DNA of 64,000 bases from the NCBI GenBank assembly GCA_035552355.1, contig DASZLP010000042.1, forward strand, positions 727-64,726, written 5' to 3'. Position numbers and translations under genes: made by a program. Under the pieces are notes generated by a model. That model was not told the DNA's origin. It worked only from the letters and a program-made list of their open reading frames with translations, and searched no databases. Of the stretch, positions 35,917 to 43,106 are shown piece after piece; the first letter of the stretch is position 1, and every line of letters begins with the position of its first letter. Source of the DNA: Bryobacteraceae bacterium. GTDB taxonomy: Bacteria; Acidobacteriota; Terriglobia; Bryobacterales; Bryobacteraceae.

Positions 35917-36944
35917 GCGTGACTCGCTTTCGATGCCGCTCCAGGCTCGGTCAACGACTCATGGAACTGGAAGACGGATGCGACGCGATCCTGCCGGTGC
36001 AGCGCAGGGAAAACCTCGGCGAAGGCTTCGCGCGCGGGGGTCGCGACGAAATCGTTCCAACGCGCGGCATCGGCTGATGTTCCCGGCGCGAGCTCCGAGT
36101 ATCGCGGAAGAAACTCAGCATCCTCCGGGACCATGTGCTTCCAGACGATCAGCGCCGAGACGATTCCATTCCGCACGGCGTTCGGCATCCGAATCGCCTC
36201 AGCGGTCTTTAACAGGCTCTTCAGCACGGCCGGATTGGAGACGTTCACGAGCGTAATCGCCCAGACGAGTCCGGCGACGGCGTTGCGGCGGTCGTCGACG
36301 GTCGGCGCCTCCTCGATTGCTGTGCGGAGCGCGCGCTCATGAGCGCCGCCGAAGGTCACGAAATTCATCGGGACGAAATAGAGCGACCGGCCGGCGCCGT
36401 GCCAGTAGAGCCGTTGGGCGCCGGCGTCGATTTCGCTGACGGCGTTGCCAACGCGTGTCAGAAGGTGCGGATGCAGGGTGCGGACCGAGAGCCCAAGCGG
36501 CTCGATCGCGTTTTCGTACCAGCCGACGCGGGCGTTGGCGCGGCAAAGGTCGAAGAAGCGCGAGACGGCATCCCGCAGCATGGTTTTCGACGGATCGCTC
36601 CTCAACTTCGAGAGAATCGTGGACGCCAACGACGTGCCCATTCCGGCGTGCAGTGAAACCATCGCGCAGTCCGGAAGGGCGGGGTCCTGGAGCAGGCCTT
36701 TCAGCGGGCGCGACGCGGCGCCGGTGTAATAGTGACCAGCGCCTTCGATCGCAAAGATCCGCTGATGATGGCTGAGATCGAACGCGCGGCGCACGAGCGC
36801 CTCCAGCGGCGGCAGCGGGCCGGCCGGAAATCGCAGCTCCCGATCGGCGTAAGCGAAGAGCCGAAAGGCCTGCAGCTTGTTCCGCGCTTCCTCCATCTCG
36901 TGGCCCGGCAGGAACAAGCTCATCAACTGCGCGGACCGCTCCAT
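35913..36944 (-). CDS. Hypothetical protein, possibly distant DUF1702-like
   Basis: 343 aa. The spaced motifs FAIEGAGHYY, HAGMGTSLA and LYWHGAGRSLYFV recall the DUF1702 pattern (memory only). Confidence 0.65.
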   Translation of the reverse strand: MERSAQLMSLFLPGHEMEEARNKLQAFRLFAYADRELRFPAGPLPPLEALVRRAFDLSHHQRIFAIEGAGHYYTGAASRPLKGLLQDPALPDCAMVSLHAGMGTSLASTILSKLRSDPSKTMLRDAVSRFFDLCRANARVGWYENAIEPLGLSVRTLHPHLLTRVGNAVSEIDAGAQRLYWHGAGRSLYFVPMNFVTFGGAHERALRTAIEEAPTVDDRRNAVAGLVWAITLVNVSNPAVLKSLLKTAEAIRMPNAVRNGIVSALIVWKHMVPEDAEFLPRYSELAPGTSADAARWNDFVATPAREAFAEVFPALHRQDRVASVFQFHESLTEPGAASKASHA

Positions 36945-37072
36945 CAGGCCCAGCGCGGTGCCGAAATTGGCGCGATAGTCCAGGCAACCAGGTTAGCAGA
37001 ACGGGCCTGGAATGTGGCTAATTACAATCCATTAGGAAACGCCGCCCGCCGCGCGCCGGCGCATGCAACCGA

Positions 37073-37600
37073 TCAGATCGCGTGATAGCTGTATTGCGGA
37101 CGAGCCAGCACACGCGTTCCCTGCGCCAGAGCGCCGAGTTGCTCGATTAGGGGCTTGAGATCGAACGCAAAGGGCAGGTAATCGTCCAGCAACAGCCGGG
37201 CTTCGATACCCCAGACCAGCATGATAAACGTCATCTGCTGCTCGAACAATCCCATCGAGAGATCGTCCGGATCGCTGGTAGCCTGCACGCATTTCGCAGT
37301 CGCAATCGCGTAAAGGCGATTGAAATCGCGTGAAGCGTCGCGCAGATATTCGCGCAGCAGATCGCGCTGGATTTTCCGGTAACACTTCGCAAGGCGTTCC
37401 CCGTGTGCCAGGACCACGAACTTCCTGTCCATTTGGGAGGCCAGGCGCAGCATCGGCCGGTATTGCGCGAGGGAAAAATTTTCGAGGAATGAGATGTCCG
37501 AACCGTAAAACGAGACGGGGCGTTCGGACTCTGGTGCGAACCGCGTCAGCATCGCGACCGCGGCCACCAGCAAGAGAACAATGGAAAGACCGATAATCAC
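37073..37600 (-). CDS. N-terminally membrane-anchored hypothetical protein
   Basis: GTG 37600 with GGAGAG 6 nt upstream. (M)IIGLSIVLLLVAAVAMLT anchor followed by a helical domain. No family recognised. Confidence 0.65.
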   Translation of the reverse strand: MIIGLSIVLLLVAAVAMLTRFAPESERPVSFYGSDISFLENFSLAQYRPMLRLASQMDRKFVVLAHGERLAKCYRKIQRDLLREYLRDASRDFNRLYAIATAKCVQATSDPDDLSMGLFEQQMTFIMLVWGIEARLLLDDYLPFAFDLKPLIEQLGALAQGTRVLARPQYSYHAI

Positions 37601-37622
37601 GGGCGGCTCTCCGGACGAAGGT

Positions 37623-37646
37623 TCTTGTTCACGTTACTGAACAAGA
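37623..37646 (-). promoter_or_regulatory. Perfect 9-bp palindrome (operator or 5'-UTR hairpin) upstream of gene 37073..37600
   Basis: TCTTGTTCA-CGTTAC-TGAACAAGA, 23 nt upstream of GTG 37600 and downstream of the putative promoter. Confidence 0.4.
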
Positions 37647-37683
37647 TATCCTCGCTCAGGTAATCGCCACAATATTGAAGATC

Positions 37684-37712
37684 GTTATACGTCCGCAGTA
37701 AACGACTGACAA
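37684..37712 (-). promoter_or_regulatory. Sigma-70-like promoter
   Basis: Minus strand reads TTGTCA (37712-37707), a 17-nt spacer, then TATAAC (37689-37684). Confidence 0.4.
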
Positions 37713-37742
37713 CCAGGTAAGTGCCCGGGTACGACGGTAAGC

Positions 37743-38522
37743 CTAACTCCGGCCGCGCGCCGCGCGCGACAGCATTCGGTTGATATCCACTAGTTGCTGT
37801 TGCAGCCGCGCACGTTCCTGGCTGGAGTCGGCCGGCTCCAGTTGCACCCGTACTTCGCCTTTGCGGGAGAGTAATGCCGCACCACCGAGCAGGATCATAC
37901 CCGCCGCGACGACAATCCAGAGATCGACCGTGTAGACCACCCGAATGCCCAGCGCCGTATAAATAATGTCTTGGGCAACACCGACACCGAAGTAAAGAGC
38001 ATACCCCGTGGCGTAAATCATTCTATTCCGAGAAAGCCGAAGCCTATATCTGAACAGAAACAATTGGATCAGCACGAGGAAGAGCAGCAGCCCCAGAACG
38101 ATCGACCGTTCGGCGACAAAGTAGAGGCGGAGCACCGGGAATTTCCCGCCGGATATCCGTAAATCGGGGATAGCGTAAGCGACCGAAACCACGATCGCCA
38201 GACCCATGGCCCACGAGACGGCCTTGCGTCCGACACTCGCGATGCCCGGATAGTCCTCCAGAATCAGACGATATAGCTCAAGTACGACGAGGTACGCAAG
38301 GATCCACAGTACAGGCGTCGAAAGCATGTAAACCGTTCCATATAAAGTGGATCGGGGGGGGATCGGAAGGATAACGAGATTCTGGAGCGCTTCCGCCGCA
38401 AGAAAAAGAGACAGCGACAGATACACGCCCAGAAGCTTCTGCGACCACAGCCGCCACAACAAAACAAGGTGGCAGACGATCGAGAAAATAAGGACGCGCT
38501 GTTGCCAAACCTCCGATTGCAT
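37743..38522 (-). CDS. Seven-TM integral membrane protein with C-terminal coiled-coil tail, unknown family
   Basis: 259 aa. Seven hydrophobic segments read by eye, then RARLQQQLVDINRMLSRAARG. Confidence 0.7.
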   Translation of the reverse strand: MQSEVWQQRVLIFSIVCHLVLLWRLWSQKLLGVYLSLSLFLAAEALQNLVILPIPPRSTLYGTVYMLSTPVLWILAYLVVLELYRLILEDYPGIASVGRKAVSWAMGLAIVVSVAYAIPDLRISGGKFPVLRLYFVAERSIVLGLLLFLVLIQLFLFRYRLRLSRNRMIYATGYALYFGVGVAQDIIYTALGIRVVYTVDLWIVVAAGMILLGGAALLSRKGEVRVQLEPADSSQERARLQQQLVDINRMLSRAARGRS

Positions 38523-38583
38523 AGCCGGAGAACCGGAATAGGAAGTTTATCACTCTCCGGCTATGGCCAATTCAGAGGGAGCT

Positions 38584-38700
38584 TTATCGAACGTCGTCAC
38601 AGGGCCAGCAGCCCGGAGCCGGCGAATAGGCCGTCGCCAAGTTGGCAACCACGGAAAATTGAAGGGCGAGCAGTAGGGCGAAAACGACTTTGCGGATCAT
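38584..38700 (-). CDS. Candidate 38-aa secreted Cys-peptide precursor (not in ORF track)
   Basis: GAGGAG lies 8 nt before ATG 38700. Product MIRKVVFALLLALQFSVVANLATAYSPAPGCWPCDDVR. TAA at 38584-38586. Confidence 0.5.
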   Translation of the reverse strand: MIRKVVFALLLALQFSVVANLATAYSPAPGCWPCDDVR

Positions 38701-38728
38701 GTTGAAAACTCCTCAGTAAAGTTTATAC

Positions 38729-38764
38729 CAGTACGAACGGTACTGAATATGCATTCAGTGTACA
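38729..38764 (-). promoter_or_regulatory. Cluster of GTAC-centred palindromes in AT-rich promoter region
   Basis: CAGTAC-GAACG-GTACTG (38729-38745) overlaps ACTGAAT-ATGC-ATTCAGT (38742-38759), followed by TGTACA (38759-38764). A TATAAA -10 candidate sits at 38727-38722 (minus strand). Confidence 0.35.
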
Positions 38765-38850
38765 TTGGAATACATTTCTCCGCATCAGAAAAATCCTATT
38801 ATCAAGATTTTAATTTTTAGGAATTTTCCCTGAAACTCGTCCTATAGACT

Positions 38851-39558
38851 TTACAGACTGCGGACCGGCAGCTCGATTACGTCATCCACACGCATCGTTT
38901 CCTTCACGACGAAGGGCTCTCCGAATTTCACGCCGATGAGATTTCCGTAGAAACGAGCGGTCGCGTAGAGACGGTCCCGGATCTCGGCTTCGTCGGGAAA
39001 GAGCGCCGCCCCTTCGGTAACCTTCGCGTATTGAGACTGATAGGCCAGCAGGGATTCCATCCGGCGCTCGAAATACTGGCTGATGTCGACTACAAATGAG
39101 GGAGTCACGTTCGCGTAAAGTGACGAGTAGATGATTTTGTGGGGGCGGTGCGGTTCGGAGTACTGATCGATCTTGCGCAGTCCGGCGAGGAAACAGGCCT
39201 CGTAGCCGATCTCGGCCGTGCGGTAATGATCCGGATGCCGCCCCTGCCAGTAAGGCAGGATCACGGTTCTCGGACGCAGTTCGCGCAGCCTTTGTGCGAG
39301 CGTCAGGCGGCCTGCGAGGGAATTTTCGAGCCGCGCATCCGGAAAGTGGAGGTTCTCGCGATGACGCACTTTCAGAATCTTCGCGGCGGTTTCGGATTCG
39401 GCGACGCGAATCTCAGGCGAACCGCGCGTCCCCATGTCGCCCGCCGTCAGGTCGATGATACCGGTGCGGTAGCCGGCTTCCGCCATACGAAGCAGGGTTC
39501 CGCCACAAGTTTGTTCGACGTCGTCGGGATGCGCGGCAATGGCCATCAGATCGATCAT
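38851..39558 (-). CDS. bshB1: LmbE/PIG-L family deacetylase, bacillithiol biosynthesis BshB1-like
   Basis: MIDLMAIAAHPDDVEQTCGGTLLRMAEAGYRTGIIDLTAGDMGTRG carries the AHPDDxE zinc motif. Confidence 0.8.
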   Translation of the reverse strand: MIDLMAIAAHPDDVEQTCGGTLLRMAEAGYRTGIIDLTAGDMGTRGSPEIRVAESETAAKILKVRHRENLHFPDARLENSLAGRLTLAQRLRELRPRTVILPYWQGRHPDHYRTAEIGYEACFLAGLRKIDQYSEPHRPHKIIYSSLYANVTPSFVVDISQYFERRMESLLAYQSQYAKVTEGAALFPDEAEIRDRLYATARFYGNLIGVKFGEPFVVKETMRVDDVIELPVRSL

Positions 39559-39662
39559 CTGGCCATTCTCGCCTACGGACGCAGCGGCATTACTGGTGTG
39601 AGAAGTTTCAGGTCAGGCAGGAAGGTTCGAGAAATCAGATCAGGAAGAACAGGAGCCTTGAG

Positions 39663-39712
39663 TCGGGGATGGTCATTGGCGCTCGGCTGCGCCGCCTGCT
39701 TCCCATCCCCGA
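39663..39712 (-). terminator. Possible stem-loop terminator after gene 39734..40066
   Basis: Perfect 10-bp stem TCGGGGATGG / CCATCCCCGA with a 30-nt loop, 22 nt past the stop. No U-tract. Confidence 0.3.
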
Positions 39713-39733
39713 CAAATACGCAGCGAAGTCGAA

Positions 39734-40066
39734 TTACTGACCGAACTCGATCTTCGTGTTGGATCCCGCGAGATCGATCGCGGTAATGCTGTCCATGTCA
39801 CCAGCGTTGCTCGTAGTCTCGATAGTGGTCGCGTTAAACTTTTTGCCGGCATTTGCGACCTTCACGGGCACGCTGAACGTTTTCGAATCCTGATCGGTGA
39901 ACGTGGCCATCGAGCCGTCGACCTTGAGCTTGTATTCGCCGGCCTTGAGCTGCGTGTTTCCGGCTTTCGAGTTCGCGCTGAGCACGACGTCATAAGACTT
40001 TGCGCTTGCAATCCCAATGCTTGTGAGAGCGAGAGCACCAACGATGAGGAACGATTTTGCGGTCAT
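39734..40066 (-). CDS. Small secreted beta-rich hypothetical protein
   Basis: 110 aa. Strong Shine-Dalgarno (TAAGGAG), signal peptide MTAKSFLIVGALALTSIGIASA, AT-rich upstream region. Confidence 0.7.
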   Translation of the reverse strand: MTAKSFLIVGALALTSIGIASAKSYDVVLSANSKAGNTQLKAGEYKLKVDGSMATFTDQDSKTFSVPVKVANAGKKFNATTIETTSNAGDMDSITAIDLAGSNTKIEFGQ

Positions 40067-40245
40067 AATAATTTTAAATCTCCTTACATCTCGTAAGACG
40101 GGCGAGACTCGGAGCCGTTACTTTCGTGAATGTAAATTGCTGTCAAACGCATGTAACTGCGGGCTCTGTATTTACCTTCACTATGTAAAACTTTGTACGC
40201 CAACATCGCCGGTCAGTGGCGACGTCTTTATGGAAGCGGAAGCGC

Positions 40246-41757
40246 CTACTCTTTTGCTCCCAGCTTGCGCAGAAGCGCGGCGACGCGCTGCGCTTCGGCT
40301 TCGTCTCCGATGGCGCCGCCTGAACTCGCGGCGCCGGCCACGGTGGAGGCGGTCGGCTTTTCACCGCCGACCCGGCGCGCTGTCACAAGACCCAGCGGAG
40401 TCAGGCCCTGACGGTTGCGCGCATCGATGTCGGCGCCATGATCCACCAGATATTGGACCACTGCTTCGTACCGATGCGTCACCGCGGCGTGCAAAGCGGT
40501 ATCACCCGAGTCATTCGCCGCGTTGACGCCGCCACCTGCATCGAGCGCCGCTTTGACGACCGGAAGCACTTTACTCTCCGGCTCGAGCTTCCCGTAATCG
40601 ATGACGTTGATTCCGCGGCGGTCCTCGTTCGTCGCCGAGTTGATTCCGGCCGCAACCATCAGCGCCGTCGATCCGTTCGGCATAGTCAGTTTGCAATCCG
40701 CGCCGACGGCGAGCAATGCCTGCATGATCTCCGGTTCCAGAAATTTCGTCGCGAGCAGATAAGGTGTCGAGCCGACGAGTGGAGCCAGCAGAAAATAGTC
40801 CGTCGAATTGCGGCGCACTGGAGTGCCCTTCGTCATTCGGATATTGGGATCAGCTCCATGTGCCAGCAGGGCCTTCACAAGACTCAGATCGTCTCTGAGA
40901 ATCGCCGCGTGCAGCGGGGCATAGCCAACCCCGATATTGTTCGGGTTCGCGCCTTTCTCCAGTAACGCGAGGGCAACGTCACGGTGGCCGCTGTGCGCGG
41001 CCAGCACCAGCGCGCTGGTTCCGTCAGGCAGCGCATCGTTGGCGTCGGCACCGGAGGCCAGCAATAGTTTGGCGGAGGCGGCGTCACCCGACCTCGCCGC
41101 AAAGAGCAACGGTGTGCTTCCGCCTCGGTCGACGTCGTAGTTCAGTTTTTCGCGGCCGGCCCGCTGCGTCTGTTCGCCGACGACGGTCTGCGAGTACGAG
41201 AGGGAACGCGCCCTGACGTCGGCGCCGAATTCCAACAGCATGGCGAGGACGTCGGGATGGCCCTCGGCGGCGGCCCACATCAGCGCCGTCTGATTATGTT
41301 CCGGCTCGGCCGCTTTGGCGTGGGCGCCGTGAACGAGCAGCGCCTTCACAGCCGCTGCATTGCCCGTGCGTGCGCAGCTCATCAGCACGGTTTCACCATT
41401 GAGGAGTCTGGCGTTCGCGTCGGCTTTCGCGGCAAGCATCCGGTCAACCATCGCGAGGCTCCCGTTGTTGCAGGCTAGATGGAGAGGTGTGGCGCCGAGA
41501 TCGTTTGCGGCATCCACGCGGGCGCCGGCGCGGATCAATAAATCCGCGATCTGGAGATTGTCCGCGTATGCCGCGAAGTGCAGGGCGGTCGACCCGTCAC
41601 CTTCCTGGGTGTTGACGTCCACGTGTTGGCTGACCAGATTCCGCGCTGCCGCTTCGTTTCCGAATTTGGCTGCCTCGATCAGGCGCAAATCCGCGGCAGT
41701 GGCCGTGCCGAGGGCGAAGGTGAAGATCAGCGCGCCCGCGACACGGCTAAGCAGCAT
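40246..41757 (-). CDS. Secreted ankyrin-repeat protein (10 or more repeats)
   Basis: Signal peptide MLLSRVAGALIFTFALGTATA. Repeated G-(S/T)-TALH-AA-xGH..v..LL..GA units run throughout. Confidence 0.85.
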   Translation of the reverse strand: MLLSRVAGALIFTFALGTATAADLRLIEAAKFGNEAAARNLVSQHVDVNTQEGDGSTALHFAAYADNLQIADLLIRAGARVDAANDLGATPLHLACNNGSLAMVDRMLAAKADANARLLNGETVLMSCARTGNAAAVKALLVHGAHAKAAEPEHNQTALMWAAAEGHPDVLAMLLEFGADVRARSLSYSQTVVGEQTQRAGREKLNYDVDRGGSTPLLFAARSGDAASAKLLLASGADANDALPDGTSALVLAAHSGHRDVALALLEKGANPNNIGVGYAPLHAAILRDDLSLVKALLAHGADPNIRMTKGTPVRRNSTDYFLLAPLVGSTPYLLATKFLEPEIMQALLAVGADCKLTMPNGSTALMVAAGINSATNEDRRGINVIDYGKLEPESKVLPVVKAALDAGGGVNAANDSGDTALHAAVTHRYEAVVQYLVDHGADIDARNRQGLTPLGLVTARRVGGEKPTASTVAGAASSGGAIGDEAEAQRVAALLRKLGAKE

Positions 41758-43102
41758 TGGTGTTACCCAGCTTCAGCACCGCCGGATCGATTCTGCCCGT
41801 GCTGTCGCCGATATCCTTGCGATTCACGCCGAACTGGTCCATCAGCGTCAGATGCAGATTGGCCAGGGGAACGTTCTTCAAATGCGTATGGCGCCCGCCC
41901 TTCAGATTCCCCGCGCCGCCGCCCGCCAGCACGAAGGGGATATTCACGGGAGCATGCGAGTTACTGTCCGCAATACCGGCTCCGTAAATCATCGTGACGT
42001 GGTCCATTAGTGTGCCCCCGCCGTCGGGCGTGGTCCGCAGCTTGTCGAGCAAATACGCGAACATCTGCGCATGATAGGCGTTGATCTTCGCCGTTTTCGC
42101 GATCTTTTCCGGCTCGCGCTGATGGTGCGATATCGGATGATGCGCATCAGGCACGCCGATTTGCGGATAGGTCATACCGCTCTGCTCATGCCCCAGCATG
42201 AGCGTCACGACGCGCGTGAGATCACTTTGATAGGCCAGCACCATCAAGTCGAACATCAACTTGAGATGATCCTCCCAATTCGCCGGGACTCCCGCGGGAC
42301 GTTCCACCAAAGGCAGTTCCTGATGCTGTTGTTCTGCGATCTGAATGCGCCGCTCCACACCGCGAATCGCATCGAGATACTCGCTCAGCTTCGTACGATC
42401 CGTCACGGGAAGCGTGCGGCCGAGGCGCGAAGCTTCCGCGTTAACCGAATCGAGAAGGCTCTTCTGCTCGCGGGCGAACGCGGCGCGTTCTTTCGGATCC
42501 GTGGTGCGAGTATCCGCGAACAACCGCTCGAACACAAGCCTGGGATTATTCTGCGTCGGCAGCGGCGTCGCCGGGCCGGTCCAGCTCAGCGTGTTCGTGT
42601 AGGGGCACGCGTAGCCCGTATCGCAACTGCCCGCTGTCTCGCCGGATTCAATTCCCAGTTCGAGCGACGCGATCTGCGTCTGCTTGCCGAGTTCCTGGGC
42701 GAGAATCTGGTCCACCGATATACCCGCGTCAAGCCACGTCTCGCTGGTTGGCGGCGAGATATCGGTCAGGAAACGGGTGCTGGCCTTTGCGTGCGCTCCG
42801 CCCGGACGGCCAGGCGTGGGGACACAACTCAAACCGCTCAATACCTGGAAATGTTCGCGGAAAGGTCCGAGCGCGCGAAGCGTCGGCGTGAGCTCGTACT
42901 CCGGCCCCTCTTTGGCGGGCAGATAGTTCTCCATGATCATGCCGTTCGGCACGTAAACGACGCCGAAGCGGTTCACTGGCGTGGCGATCGCGGCCCGCGC
43001 GGAGAACGCGGGAATCATGCTGTCGAGCAGCGGCAGAGCCACGGCGGCTCCGAGCCCGCGCAACATTTCGCGGCGTGCAATGGATTTTTTCAGAACGATC
43101 AT
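41747..43102 (-). CDS. DUF1552 domain protein with twin-arginine signal
   Basis: SIARREMLRGLGAAVALPLL Tat-type signal. Lies 4 nt downstream of the DUF1592-type gene, the usual gene pair. Confidence 0.85.
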   Translation of the reverse strand: MIVLKKSIARREMLRGLGAAVALPLLDSMIPAFSARAAIATPVNRFGVVYVPNGMIMENYLPAKEGPEYELTPTLRALGPFREHFQVLSGLSCVPTPGRPGGAHAKASTRFLTDISPPTSETWLDAGISVDQILAQELGKQTQIASLELGIESGETAGSCDTGYACPYTNTLSWTGPATPLPTQNNPRLVFERLFADTRTTDPKERAAFAREQKSLLDSVNAEASRLGRTLPVTDRTKLSEYLDAIRGVERRIQIAEQQHQELPLVERPAGVPANWEDHLKLMFDLMVLAYQSDLTRVVTLMLGHEQSGMTYPQIGVPDAHHPISHHQREPEKIAKTAKINAYHAQMFAYLLDKLRTTPDGGGTLMDHVTMIYGAGIADSNSHAPVNIPFVLAGGGAGNLKGGRHTHLKNVPLANLHLTLMDQFGVNRKDIGDSTGRIDPAVLKLGNTNAA

Positions 43103-43106
43103 TTTT

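Noticed and set aside
38729-38745. CAGTAC-N5-GTACTG as a LexA/SOS box (DinB-named genes are nearby)
   Set aside because: Its spacing and sequence fit none of the LexA consensus motifs I know (CTGT-N8-ACAG, GAAC-N4-GTTC, RGTAC-N3-DGTWCB). The DinB fold name does not imply SOS control. It is kept only as an unassigned dyad.
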